Shown piece by piece: positions 16,902 to 25,446 of a stretch of 27,107 nt of DNA. The stretch spans positions 1 to 27,107 of IMG/VR virus record IMGVR_UViG_3300044617_000782; one strand, given 5' to 3'. This DNA is from a virus. Lineage: Duplodnaviria; Caudoviricetes. The position numbers were made by a program, and so were the translations under genes. The notes beneath the pieces were generated by a model, which had not been told where the DNA came from, searched no databases, and saw nothing but the letters and a program-made list of their open reading frames with translations. How positions within the stretch are numbered: the first letter of the stretch is position 1; every line of letters begins with the position of its first letter.

Positions 16902-19110
16902 CCAGCGCCATCGACAGCACGGTCAGGGGCAGCGGCTCGGCCTGGCGCACGCACACGCCGCCGTCGCTGTTCCAGTCGGGCGCGATGTCGAACCGAAGCT
17001 CGCCGGTGCGCAGTGCCGGCGGCGAGCCGTAGGGGTCGGTCACCTCGCGCGCGGGGTACTCGGTGAGGTCGTCGAAGGTGGGCCCGGCCTGCACCAGGCT
17101 GGACTGCGTCACGCGCATGGCCACGCCGCTCACGTTCTTGGTCATGCCCTGGCCGCCCGCCGGCGCGCCCTCGAACCCCAGCGGCAGAGTCTGCAGGTCG
17201 CTGGTGTAGCCGAGGCCGACGTGGATCACGCTGTAGCTGTCGTCGAGGGTGATCGCGCCCGCGGTGACCACGCGCGTGGGGTGCACCGCGCCGTCGGCCA
17301 GGATCTGGACGGTCTTGCCGTTCAGGTGCCAGAGCCCGCTCAGGCTCGACACCGGCGCGCCGTCGTAGGTCAGGCCGCTGTCGACGAAGAACGCGTCGAC
17401 CTGGTCGGTGAAGATGGCGGTGCGGTGGCGCTCGATGTAGCGCACTGAACGGCTGTTGACCGTGCGCCGCACGACCGCGTAGAGCACGTCCTCGCTGCCC
17501 TCGCTGACCACGCACACGCTCTCGAAGAAGCCGTCGGTGGTGTGCTGGTGCCAGCCATAGACCTGCTGCTCGGGCACGTAGGTCAGGCCCAGCAGGACGC
17601 CGTCGCTGCGCACACACCAGAGGCTCGGCACCGGCGCGCGGGCGTAGGCCATGTCGACCACGGTGAACCCGTTGAAGAGGTGGGGCGACATGATCGAGAC
17701 GTCGATCGACGCATAGGCGCTGGCCTGCCAGTTGTAGGCGAGCTCGCGGATGCGCGAGCCCTGGCTCTGCACGTAGAGGATCGAGCCCGAGGTCAGGGCC
17801 GGCTGCACGTTGCTGGCGCCGCTGTAGCCCTGCGGTTTGATGCTCAAGCTGGTGGGCGTGATGTTCGGCGCGTTGTCGGCGTAGATGCGGAACTCACCGC
17901 CCACCGTCAGCGCGATCATGTCCGACAGGGGCAGCAGGTGGCGGATGGCGTTCTGCTGCCGGCTCGCGATGCGGAACTTCAGGCCGTCGTCGTCCTGGCT
18001 GGGGATGCTCGAGGTGAGGTTCGACTGCGTCGCGTTGCGCGTGGCCCAGACCGTCTGCGGCTCGTCGCCCGTGCCTGCGAACCAGCGCCGCTGCTCGAAG
18101 TAGGTCACGGCCGAGGGGTAGTCGCCGGCGCCGGTGTTGAGGTCGTAGATGTCCTCGGGCGGCGTCTTGCTGGTGTCGGCCAGCACGTTGTCGTCGTCGA
18201 TCGTCAGGCTCGTGGTCTGGCCGATGTAGCCGTAGCTGCCGCCGCGCTGCTTGTAGACGTTGTAGCGGGCCGCGCCGGCGGCCGCGCTCCAGGCGATGGT
18301 GTTGTAGTTGCCGGCCAGCGTGAGGTTGTTCGTCGCGGTCACGACGGCGCTCGCGAGCGACTCGGTCACGCCGTCGGCGGCCACCGCAGTGACGACGTAG
18401 CGCTGCGGGCTCAGGTTGGTGGCCACCGCCACGGTCTCGGTGACGCTGACGCCGCCGGGCACCGCGGCGCTGGGCGTGAAGCTGACCGAGGTCAGGGTCC
18501 AGTTGGTGGCGCCCACGCGCGCGAGGTCGCGCGCGGCGTAGGTCGGGTGCGTGATCGTGAGCACGTCGCTGTCCTGCGCGAAGTGCAGGTCGAAGAGATC
18601 GGCCGACAGGTAGGGGCTGGCCAGGGTGTACACGCGCGCCGCGGTGGCGCCTGTCGGGATTGTGGCCACGCCCCAGAGGTCGGTCGTGGTGAACGTGTTG
18701 GCGCCCGTGTTCACGACCTTGTGGAAGCGCGAGCCCATGAAGACCCAGTCGCCGGTCGAGTAGCCGTGGGTGGTCACGGTGACCACGCCGGCGGCGATGC
18801 CGACGACGGCCTTGTTGGCCTCGAGCAGCGTGCTGCCATTGATGTGGAAGCGGATGTACTGGTCGCCGAACTCGAGCACCACGGTCTGGTCGGCGCTGAA
18901 GCTGAAGGGGATCACGCGCACGCGCAGGGTGCTGGTGCGCGCCTCGTTCACGAAGCCGAAGCCGGTGCGGCGCTGCGCCGGCCCGTGGGGCAGCACGCGG
19001 AAGTTCTTGCAGGTGGCGAGCCCGGTCTGATACTTGGCCAGGTCAAGGCGCCCGTACATCTCGGGCGTGACCTCGCCCCCGGAGAAGCTGCGGTGCAGGG
19101 TCTTGGCCAT
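16882..19110 (-). CDS. Tail tubular protein B (nozzle)
   Basis: SFSGGEVTP..GRLDL.KY, GPAQRRTG, YPSAVTYFEQRRWFAG, YGWHQHTTDG, LSGLWHLNGKTV.ILADG, VGLGYTS and PLPLTVLS are all characteristic of podovirus nozzles. Confidence 0.93.
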   Translation of the reverse strand: MAKTLHRSFSGGEVTPEMYGRLDLAKYQTGLATCKNFRVLPHGPAQRRTGFGFVNEARTSTLRVRVIPFSFSADQTVVLEFGDQYIRFHINGSTLLEANKAVVGIAAGVVTVTTHGYSTGDWVFMGSRFHKVVNTGANTFTTTDLWGVATIPTGATAARVYTLASPYLSADLFDLHFAQDSDVLTITHPTYAARDLARVGATNWTLTSVSFTPSAAVPGGVSVTETVAVATNLSPQRYVVTAVAADGVTESLASAVVTATNNLTLAGNYNTIAWSAAAGAARYNVYKQRGGSYGYIGQTTSLTIDDDNVLADTSKTPPEDIYDLNTGAGDYPSAVTYFEQRRWFAGTGDEPQTVWATRNATQSNLTSSIPSQDDDGLKFRIASRQQNAIRHLLPLSDMIALTVGGEFRIYADNAPNITPTSLSIKPQGYSGASNVQPALTSGSILYVQSQGSRIRELAYNWQASAYASIDVSIMSPHLFNGFTVVDMAYARAPVPSLWCVRSDGVLLGLTYVPEQQVYGWHQHTTDGFFESVCVVSEGSEDVLYAVVRRTVNSRSVRYIERHRTAIFTDQVDAFFVDSGLTYDGAPVSSLSGLWHLNGKTVQILADGAVHPTRVVTAGAITLDDSYSVIHVGLGYTSDLQTLPLGFEGAPAGGQGMTKNVSGVAMRVTQSSLVQAGPTFDDLTEYPAREVTDPYGSPPALRTGELRFDIAPDWNSDGGVCVRQAEPLPLTVLSMALDVAVGG

Positions 19111-19778
19111 CAGAGGCGCGCGGCGATGTGGGTGGGGACGTGGTCCGAACTCTCGTTCGACGCGTTCGCGTCACTGGCGGCGGCGGCGCGCGCGGCGGCC
19201 ATGCCCTGCTCGCGCCACTGCGCGCCGACCCTGGCGCCGTCCAGGCCCTTGATGATGGGCCCGGCGAGGTAGCCGGCCAGCACCTGCCCGATGGCGCTCA
19301 CGGTCAGGGGCGAGAACTTGGTGGTGTCGGTGACGTCGCGCTTGTAGAGCAGCACCGCGTCGGGTTCGTTGGTGCGCAGCACCTGGTCCTCGAGCTCGAA
19401 GGTGGCGCTGCCTCGCTCACTGAACGCGTCCTCGATGCGCGTCCACTCGCCGTCGGTGTAGCGGTAGCCGATCGGCCAGAGCAGCGCGATCTGCTGCGCG
19501 TACTCGAGCTTCAGCACGCGCAGGGCCTTGATGCAGTCCGAAGGCAGCGCGTAGGCGTAGCCCCAGACGGTGCTCGTGTTGGTGACTTCGGCCAGCGTGA
19601 CGCGGGTCTTGGCGAAGCTGAAGTTCATCGCCTCCAGCACCTCGCGCCTGGCGAGGGGGTAGAAGCGCGCGCAGTAGCCGGCCTCGACGCTGCCGTCGGG
19701 CGGGCTGATCGAACTGACCTGCGCCCTCGCGCCCAGGTGGCTGAGTGCGATGTTGCTGATGTCGGTCGCGCTGGCCAT
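19110..19778 (-). CDS. Tail tubular protein A (head-tail adaptor)
   Basis: DISNIALSHLG, FSFAKTRVTL and YAYALPSDCIKALRV motifs. AAGGA RBS upstream. Directly precedes the nozzle gene. Confidence 0.9.
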   Translation of the reverse strand: MASATDISNIALSHLGARAQVSSISPPDGSVEAGYCARFYPLARREVLEAMNFSFAKTRVTLAEVTNTSTVWGYAYALPSDCIKALRVLKLEYAQQIALLWPIGYRYTDGEWTRIEDAFSERGSATFELEDQVLRTNEPDAVLLYKRDVTDTTKFSPLTVSAIGQVLAGYLAGPIIKGLDGARVGAQWREQGMAAARAAAASDANASNESSDHVPTHIAARL

Positions 19779-19792
19779 TCTGGAGTCCTTGG

Positions 19793-19818
19793 AAAAACGC
19801 CCGCTCGTGGCGGGCGTT
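19793..19818 (-). terminator. Rho-independent terminator after the capsid genes
   Basis: Minus strand AACGCCCGC-CACGA-GCGGGCGTT-TTT: a perfect 9-bp stem, 5-nt loop and T-run in the intergenic gap. Confidence 0.85.
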
Positions 19819-19835
19819 CAGGTGGGGCCGCCCGG

Positions 19836-20123
19836 TCAGGCCAAGGGGTCTTCCATCGGGGGCTTGCTCTTGGCCTTGCGCTGGCGCTCGGCGGCCGCCG
19901 CGCCGCTGAAGGTGTCCGGTTCCTTCTCAGGAGCCGCAGCCTTCGCCGGCTCGGCGGCGGGGGCACCCTCGGCCAGCAGCGTGAACCACTTGGACTTGGT
20001 CTGCCCCTCCCAGACCGTGAAGGTCTGGCCGGGCATGAGAGCAACGTGGCGGCCACTCGCGTCGGGGTAGTGACCCCGGGCGGTGGCCACCGCCTTGCCT
20101 GCCGCCTTCAGTGCCTCAGGCAT
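19836..20123 (-). CDS. Small hypothetical protein following capsid genes
   Basis: 95 aa with GAGG RBS. Short beta-type N-terminal domain (ARGHY...PGQTFTV...SKWF) and an Ala/Pro/Lys-rich tail. Fills the gap in the operon. Confidence 0.7.
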   Translation of the reverse strand: MPEALKAAGKAVATARGHYPDASGRHVALMPGQTFTVWEGQTKSKWFTLLAEGAPAAEPAKAAAPEKEPDTFSGAAAAERQRKAKSKPPMEDPLA

Positions 20124-20130
20124 GCGGGCC

Positions 20131-20619
20131 TCAGACCACCGCGAAGTTGGTGGCGTAGGCGCGATAGACGCCGGCGCCGTCCGTGGTCAGGAACGCGTCG
20201 AACGCACCCGCGGTCAGCGGGCCCGAGGCCACGGTGTAGCGAACGCCGAGGTAGCGCTCGTACAGGCCGTGCGGCAGCTTGACCGTGACCAGGCGGGTGC
20301 CGGCGGTGGCGAAGGACGCGAACGCGATGGCGCCGGTGCTGAAGTGCACCGTGGCCGAGGTCGCGAGGTTGGCCGTGCTGTCCGACTCCAGCGTGATCGT
20401 CAGCGTGGCGTCGCTGCCCGAATCGGTGCAGGTCGTGTTCGTGATCACGACCAGGTAGAGATCGGCCGCCTGGCCGAGGTCCACCAGCGTGTTGCCGCCG
20501 TTGATGCCGACGCTGCCGGCGCCGGCCGCGATCGTGAGGGTGTCGTAGACATCCTCGCTGATCGCGGTCGACGTGACGGCCTGAGCGTCGGAGAACTCGA
20601 GATTGGTGTCGGTGTACAT
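20131..20619 (-). CDS. Capsid cement/decoration protein (BPP-1 Bbp16-like)
   Basis: MYTDTNLEFSDAQAVT...SEDVYD...ERYLGVRYTV..GPLTAG pattern. AAGGA RBS. Immediately follows the major capsid gene. Confidence 0.85.
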   Translation of the reverse strand: MYTDTNLEFSDAQAVTSTAISEDVYDTLTIAAGAGSVGINGGNTLVDLGQAADLYLVVITNTTCTDSGSDATLTITLESDSTANLATSATVHFSTGAIAFASFATAGTRLVTVKLPHGLYERYLGVRYTVASGPLTAGAFDAFLTTDGAGVYRAYATNFAVV

Positions 20620-20647
20620 GGTGGTGTCCTTGTGTTCGGTGCCGCGA

Positions 20648-21694
20648 TCAGGTCAGCTGCGATTCGGTGTTGTCGATCCGATCCACGGTGCGGATCGGCA
20701 CGCCCAGGAAGCGCAGGGTGCCCTTTTCGAGGCCGCCCGGGGTGACCGCGCCGAACTCCTGCGCCGCCGACTGGATGGACAGCACGCTCTGGTTCTTCTC
20801 CATCGCCATGATCGCGAGCATCTCCTTGACGCTGCGGTTGGCGTAGAACACGCAGTTGGCCATGCCCTGGTTGGGGATGCGGGCCATCGCCCGGATCATC
20901 AGCTTCGGCAGGAACGTGGCCGCCGTCGTGGCCTGCGTGCCCGACACACCCGCCAGATCGACGGTGTCGATGTTGGCGATGCGGACCACGTAGCGCCAGT
21001 CCTTGACGTGCAGGCCGCACTTCCACTGGAAGAGCTCGGCCATCGCGCGGTAGCGGTTGTTGTTCGCGTCGAAGGCGTCGATCTCACCCAGGTCGCGGTG
21101 CACCAGGCCGGCTTGCGAACCCTTCGGGTAGATGCCGTGCACGGTGTTCTTGCCCCAGCCCACCAGCCACATGCTGGTCTGGTCGCTGCCGGTGCCAGAG
21201 CCCGAGATGACGTTCTGCGCGCCGATCGTGCCGGTCAGGCTGTTGTAACGCTGGGCCAGGCCGTTGAATCGCTCGGGGTTCAGGGTGGCGTCGCCGTAGA
21301 TCAGGGCCTCGGCCATCGTCTGGTTCATGCCCTCGATGTGCGCGACGGCCTCACCCAGGCGGAACTCGTTGGAGTTGCCGTTCAGCGTGCAGACGTCGGT
21401 GTCGATCTCGCTGCGGTCTTCCAGCATGCCGCAGTGGTCCTCGACGGTCGCGCGCAGCGACTTGGTCGGGGGCACGCCCTGGTACAGCTTGCGCCAGATC
21501 GGCTCGGGCAGGCCGGTGCGGATCGCGCCCTTGTGGCCGGTGGTGAGGTTGCCCTCGACCCACGGCATGTCGAGCAGGATCTCGTTGGACTGCGTCAGCA
21601 GTTCGGCCACAGCGGAGATGCGGCCGTGCGGATCGGTGGCGCGGGCGATGTCGAGCAGGGTGACTGCGCCGGCCTTGACGGGTTGGGTAGCCAT
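20648..21694 (-). CDS. Major capsid protein (BPP-1 Bbp17 / epsilon15 gp7-like)
   Basis: ELLTQSNEILLDMPWVEGN, RTGLP..WRKLYQGV, PERFNGLAQRY, GIYPKGSQAGL, DWRYVVRIANID, FLGVPIR. 348 aa with AAGGA RBS. Confidence 0.95.
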   Translation of the reverse strand: MATQPVKAGAVTLLDIARATDPHGRISAVAELLTQSNEILLDMPWVEGNLTTGHKGAIRTGLPEPIWRKLYQGVPPTKSLRATVEDHCGMLEDRSEIDTDVCTLNGNSNEFRLGEAVAHIEGMNQTMAEALIYGDATLNPERFNGLAQRYNSLTGTIGAQNVISGSGTGSDQTSMWLVGWGKNTVHGIYPKGSQAGLVHRDLGEIDAFDANNNRYRAMAELFQWKCGLHVKDWRYVVRIANIDTVDLAGVSGTQATTAATFLPKLMIRAMARIPNQGMANCVFYANRSVKEMLAIMAMEKNQSVLSIQSAAQEFGAVTPGGLEKGTLRFLGVPIRTVDRIDNTESQLT

Positions 21695-21712
21695 TTTGGG
21701 TCGTTCCTTGAA

Positions 21713-22285
21713 TCAGGTTTTGGGGGTGTTGCCGTAGAGGATGTCGGCGTGGCTGCGCGGAGGGGTCTCACCCCCACTGCGCCCGGCCACGATCTTGTCC
21801 TCGCTGATCGCACGGCCCACAGCGAGCGCCAGGCGGATCACCTCAGGGTGGTTGCCCATCCCCGTCGTGTTCAGCAGATCGCGGAGTTCAGGTGTGCCGA
21901 AGGTGTCGATCGCCTTCTTGGCGGTGGCCAGGTTCTCGGCCGTGCCGAGCTCCTTGTCCGCCTTCACCTGCTCGCCCCAGGTCTCGACCTGCTTCGCGAA
22001 GGCCTCGGCTCGTGCAACTTCTCGCGCGGCGGCGAGGTCGACGAACTTCTTGGCGGCATCGGCCGGCAGCTTCAGTTCCTTGGCGATGGCGGTGAACTTG
22101 CCCAGGTCTTCCTGGTTCAGTTCCACACCTTCGGGCGCGTCGAACTTGTACTCGACCTCGGCGGGTGCCGCGGTCGTGGTAGTCGCCGGCGCGCTCGTGT
22201 CCGCGACCTTGGTGGTCGTGTCGGTCGTCTGCGTTCCCCCGCCGTCGTTGGTGGCTGTGGCGGTGTCCTGCGTTTCGGTCGTCAT
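21713..22285 (-). CDS. Capsid scaffolding/assembly protein (~190 aa)
   Basis: Start moved to ATG 22285 (MTTETQ; ATGA overlap with the upstream gene, AAGGA RBS). Thr-rich N-terminus, YKFDAPEG, TGMGNHPEVIR...GRAISED and C-terminal ADILYG. Precedes the major capsid gene. Confidence 0.85.
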   Translation of the reverse strand: MTTETQDTATATNDGGGTQTTDTTTKVADTSAPATTTTAAPAEVEYKFDAPEGVELNQEDLGKFTAIAKELKLPADAAKKFVDLAAAREVARAEAFAKQVETWGEQVKADKELGTAENLATAKKAIDTFGTPELRDLLNTTGMGNHPEVIRLALAVGRAISEDKIVAGRSGGETPPRSHADILYGNTPKT

Positions 22286-22584
22286 TGAGCGAATTCCTTG
22301 AGCATCGTGACGTAGCCTTCGAACGATGTGTCGAGGATCTCGCCCTCGAGCCACAGGCCCACGTTCTGGGCGCCTGCGTTGAACGACATCACCGACCCGC
22401 TCGTGTTGAACGGGGTGCGCCTGGTGCCGGTTCTCTCGAAGATGCGAGCCACGATCCTTCGTCCTTGGGCGTGAGCCATCAGCCACCTGAGGTCGTCCAC
22501 TTCCTGCTTGCGTCGGCGGTCGGCTTCCAGCTTGTTGGCCTTGGCGTCGGCGTCTTGCTGCTGCAGGTCTGTGGGGTCTCTCAT
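22282..22584 (-). CDS. Bbp19-like phage protein
   Basis: DDLRWLM..AQGRRIV...MSFNAGAQNVGLWL pattern. This family usually lies between portal and scaffold. Confidence 0.8.
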   Translation of the reverse strand: MRDPTDLQQQDADAKANKLEADRRRKQEVDDLRWLMAHAQGRRIVARIFERTGTRRTPFNTSGSVMSFNAGAQNVGLWLEGEILDTSFEGYVTMLKEFAQ

Positions 22585-22596
22585 GTGATGCGGCGG

Positions 22597-22630
22597 ATTG
22601 TGGGCGGGCGGGTGCCAGGCATGGGCACGC
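22597..22630 (-). promoter_or_regulatory. Putative phage late promoter, copy 2 (GCGTGCCCATG-N10-GCCCGCCCACAAT)
   Basis: Intergenic, 27/34 identical to 6131-6164. CACAAT ends 12 nt before the ATG of the Bbp19-like gene. Confidence 0.65.
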
Positions 22631-22631
22631 C

Positions 22632-23102
22632 TCAGAACAGCACGATCAGTTCGCCGTTCGCGCGCAGACCCACGCGGGGGCCGATGCGCCGGCCCAGTGT
22701 GTCGGGCAGGACCGCGGCGCCCTCGAACGACCCCGTGAGCAGGAACCCGTCCAGCTGAAGGTTGCCGGCCAGGCCGAGGCCGATGGTCAGGGTGACGGTG
22801 GCCGTGCCGTAGAGCACGCCGTTCTTGTAGCCGGCGTAGCTGAAGGTGTGCACGCCGTCGGGCCCGCTGTACTCGAAGCTCGAGTCCTCGTAGACGATGA
22901 GCGTGCCCAGCGTCGGCGTGGTGAGCAGGACGACGCGGAACTCGTCCGCGGCCTCGGCCGGCAGCGAGATGTCGGGGTACTGCAGGGCCGGGCCCGCGGC
23001 GCCGTAGTCGGGCACGGCGTCGCCCCGGATGCCGAGGCCACCCAGGCCGTAGTGGTAGCCGCCTGGCGCTGGCGTGCCACCGTAGCGGTAGCTCTCGGTC
23101 AC
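22632..23102 (-). CDS. Accessory virion-type protein with Ig-like (Big_9/cadherin-like) domain
   Basis: VVLLTTPTLGTLIVYEDSSFEYSGPDGVHTFSY...ATVTLTI resembles the P-x-x-G-T-L...F-x-Y...F-x-Y...ATVxxTV Ig-like pattern. Carries the shared motif GNLQLDGFLLTGSF. Confidence 0.6.
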   Translation of the reverse strand: MTESYRYGGTPAPGGYHYGLGGLGIRGDAVPDYGAAGPALQYPDISLPAEAADEFRVVLLTTPTLGTLIVYEDSSFEYSGPDGVHTFSYAGYKNGVLYGTATVTLTIGLGLAGNLQLDGFLLTGSFEGAAVLPDTLGRRIGPRVGLRANGELIVLF

Positions 23103-24082
23103 GCTGCCACCACCAGCTGCGCGCCGGCTGTCGTGCCGTCGGCGTTGTAGGTCACCATCACGTAGGACGTGCCCGCGACCAGGGCCGCGTTCTCGACCGT
23201 CATCACCGCATCGCCCGCGGTGGTCTGACTGGCCAGCGCCAGCGCGGTGGTGCGGTCCAGGCGCAGGAACACCACGTTAGGCACCGTGACGCCGGGCAGC
23301 AGGGTGCCGGTCCAGTTCTTGAAGGGCGGCGTGTCGACGCGGCCCGGCAGCAGGCCCAGCGTGCCGGCGAACGCGAAGTCGTCCAGCAACAGCGAGCCGA
23401 GCAGACTGGACGCGGGGGCGCTGGCAAAGGTGCCGCTGAACGCGAAGTCGTCGAGGGTGAAGCTGCCGGTGAGATCAGAAGCAGCAGAGATCGCAGCCGC
23501 GTCGAGGTTGTCGAGCGAGCCCGAGTCGGCAACGCCCGTCTCGCGCATGTCGAACAGGTACACACCCGCGAGGCCTGCTGCTGTGATGGCGGTGTCCGTT
23601 ACCGGGCCGATAACGGCTGAGTCGTTCAGCTTGACGCTGATGCTCGACCCGTCCATGACCAATTCGAGCTTGGCCGCCGTGCTTGTTGCCGTGTAGGTGT
23701 AGCTGGAGCCCAGTTGCGTCTGTGTGCCGGCCACGCGCTTGAACAAGCGGATGTTCGTGGTGTCGTGGCTGTACAGCGCGTAATAGAAGGTGTCAGCACC
23801 GGCCGCCATACGGCCGCAAACTCCCATGCGCGGGCCGCTGCCAGTTGACCCGCTGAGTTTGGCGATGTCGGCCCACACAGAGTAATTGGCGCTGGGCGGC
23901 GTGGCCGAGTGCTGATAGACAGCCGCGCCCGTGCCACCGTTCTGGATGGCGTAGGTTCCGCCCGCGCCGAGGATGCCGTCAGTCGCAAAGCCCGACTGCT
24001 TGGAAAGCTCAGAGACGACCGTCGAAAGCTCGACGAACTGCGTGCCGGTGAACGTGACCGCGCCTGTGCCGAAAAGTGCCAT
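23099..24082 (-). CDS. Accessory beta-sandwich (lectin/concanavalin-like) protein, ~327 aa
   Basis: Start moved to ATG 24082 (MALFGTG), 2 nt after the upstream stop. NYSVWADI...MGVCGR...YYALY...LFKRVAGT.TQLG...LELVMDGSSISVKLN...TDTAITAAGLAGV...LDNL is a jelly-roll pattern. Has two internal 23-aa repeats. Confidence 0.65.
   Translation of the reverse strand: MALFGTGAVTFTGTQFVELSTVVSELSKQSGFATDGILGAGGTYAIQNGGTGAAVYQHSATPPSANYSVWADIAKLSGSTGSGPRMGVCGRMAAGADTFYYALYSHDTTNIRLFKRVAGTQTQLGSSYTYTATSTAAKLELVMDGSSISVKLNDSAVIGPVTDTAITAAGLAGVYLFDMRETGVADSGSLDNLDAAAISAASDLTGSFTLDDFAFSGTFASAPASSLLGSLLLDDFAFAGTLGLLPGRVDTPPFKNWTGTLLPGVTVPNVVFLRLDRTTALALASQTTAGDAVMTVENAALVAGTSYVMVTYNADGTTAGAQLVVAA
23351..23467 (-). 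repeat. Two degenerate coding repeats with 69-bp period (GSFTLDDFAFSGTF / GSLLLDDFAFAGTL)
   Basis: The exact 15-mer GAACGCGAAGTCGTC occurs at 23369 and 23438 on the + strand. Confidence 0.85.
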
Positions 24083-24084
24083 GC

Positions 24085-25443
24085 TTACCCCGCCGCCTGC
24101 ACGGTCGTGCTGTAGTTGGTGAAGCTGGTGTAGGTGCCCTGCCACCAGAGCACGTTGACCCGGCCGTCGCTGTTCTTCACCCCAATGGGGCGAGCCTTCA
24201 GCGGAGTGCCTGCCGTGCCGCCAGTGGTGAGCGCGCGAACCTGCGACCACGTTGCGCCGTTGTCGCTGGTGCCCCACTCCTGCACCTGACGCACGCCACT
24301 GATCGGGGCCGACAGATAGATCGTCGTCGGGTCAACGCCGTCGAAACACAGGCCGCCGTGGTAGTACACCTCGCCGGCATACAGGCCCGCTCCGTCGTCG
24401 GTGATCTTGCTGTTCGTCCACGCCGAGCCAGTCCAGCGGCTGTGCCAATACTCGATCTGGCTGCCATCGTTGCCCGGGTAGCGCATCCACAGAATGCGCG
24501 GGTGCCCGTCGCTGCCAATGGCGCAGTCGCTGACCCAGCAGCGAACCGATGAGCCGTCATAGACCTCGGTAATGTCGCTAGGCCCGAGCGGCAGGCTGGC
24601 CGTGATTTCCACCCCGGCCGACGTGTACCACTTCATCACGTTGGAGCCGTCAAGCTCGCCATAGAAGTGGTACAGGCTGGTCTGCCCTTCGACCGGGTGG
24701 CCGTTGGTGATTGCGAAGTGAACACGCTTCACGCCGTCGTGCGCGGTGCGCCAGTAGGGGATGCGCCCCGACACGCCATACACGTCGGTGTAGGCCGACC
24801 ACGAGTGCGGCGGCGTGCTGGTCAGGTCCGTGGCCGTGCGGTAGGCGAGGCGACGCGTGCTGCCGCCACCGTCGATCCAGCGGCGCTTGAACAACCACAC
24901 CTTCGGGCTGTCCTGGCTGAAGCGGATCGGGTTCGGGTAGCTGTACGGGCCACCACCAACGCCGCGCGCTTCTTGCGAGGACCATGCCGAGCCGCTGTCA
25001 AAGGCGCCAGCAGCTGGGTTCCAGACTCGATACTTGAACTCGGTATCGTTGTGCGCGCCGTAGAACGCGGCCAGCCGGCCATCTTCCAGTCGACAGAAGC
25101 TGCTGTTGTTGTGGTCGTCAACCTCCAGCACGCCTGACAGGTCGAAGGTCAGCGTCGTCTGCGTGGTCAGGTCGGTGCGATGCGCTCGGCAACGGCCATC
25201 ACTGCTCACCGTGCCGGTGTAGAGGGCATCGCCGATCTGGATGACTTCGGGGCGAGTGAACCATGTCCAAATGCCGTCTGCCGTTACCTCGAACTGGGCG
25301 AGCGGGCCGTCCTCGCTGGCGAACTCACCCGACAGCGAGAACGGGTCGAGCACCATCGTGCCAAACGGTCCCGGCTTGTACCGGCCGCCGTAGATCACCT
25401 CACCGGAGGTGACCTCGTAGGCCTTGGCGACAGCAGTGGCCAT
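24085..25443 (-). CDS. BNR-repeat beta-propeller protein (BNR_4-like; possible polysaccharide lyase/glycosidase)
   Basis: WTWFTRP, DDHNNSS...YGAHN, YSYPNP, YWHSRWTGSAW, Asp-box TSDNGATW and ARPI motifs. 452 aa. Confidence 0.75.
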   Translation of the reverse strand: MATAVAKAYEVTSGEVIYGGRYKPGPFGTMVLDPFSLSGEFASEDGPLAQFEVTADGIWTWFTRPEVIQIGDALYTGTVSSDGRCRAHRTDLTTQTTLTFDLSGVLEVDDHNNSSFCRLEDGRLAAFYGAHNDTEFKYRVWNPAAGAFDSGSAWSSQEARGVGGGPYSYPNPIRFSQDSPKVWLFKRRWIDGGGSTRRLAYRTATDLTSTPPHSWSAYTDVYGVSGRIPYWRTAHDGVKRVHFAITNGHPVEGQTSLYHFYGELDGSNVMKWYTSAGVEITASLPLGPSDITEVYDGSSVRCWVSDCAIGSDGHPRILWMRYPGNDGSQIEYWHSRWTGSAWTNSKITDDGAGLYAGEVYYHGGLCFDGVDPTTIYLSAPISGVRQVQEWGTSDNGATWSQVRALTTGGTAGTPLKARPIGVKNSDGRVNVLWWQGTYTSFTNYSTTVQAAG

Positions 25444-25446
25444 CGG

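Noticed and set aside
20445-21026. Overlapping ORF spanning the capsid stop as a possible T7 10B-like frameshift extension
   Set aside because: No convincing slippery heptamer at the capsid 3' end. The translation looks like off-frame noise, and the downstream gene has its own RBS.
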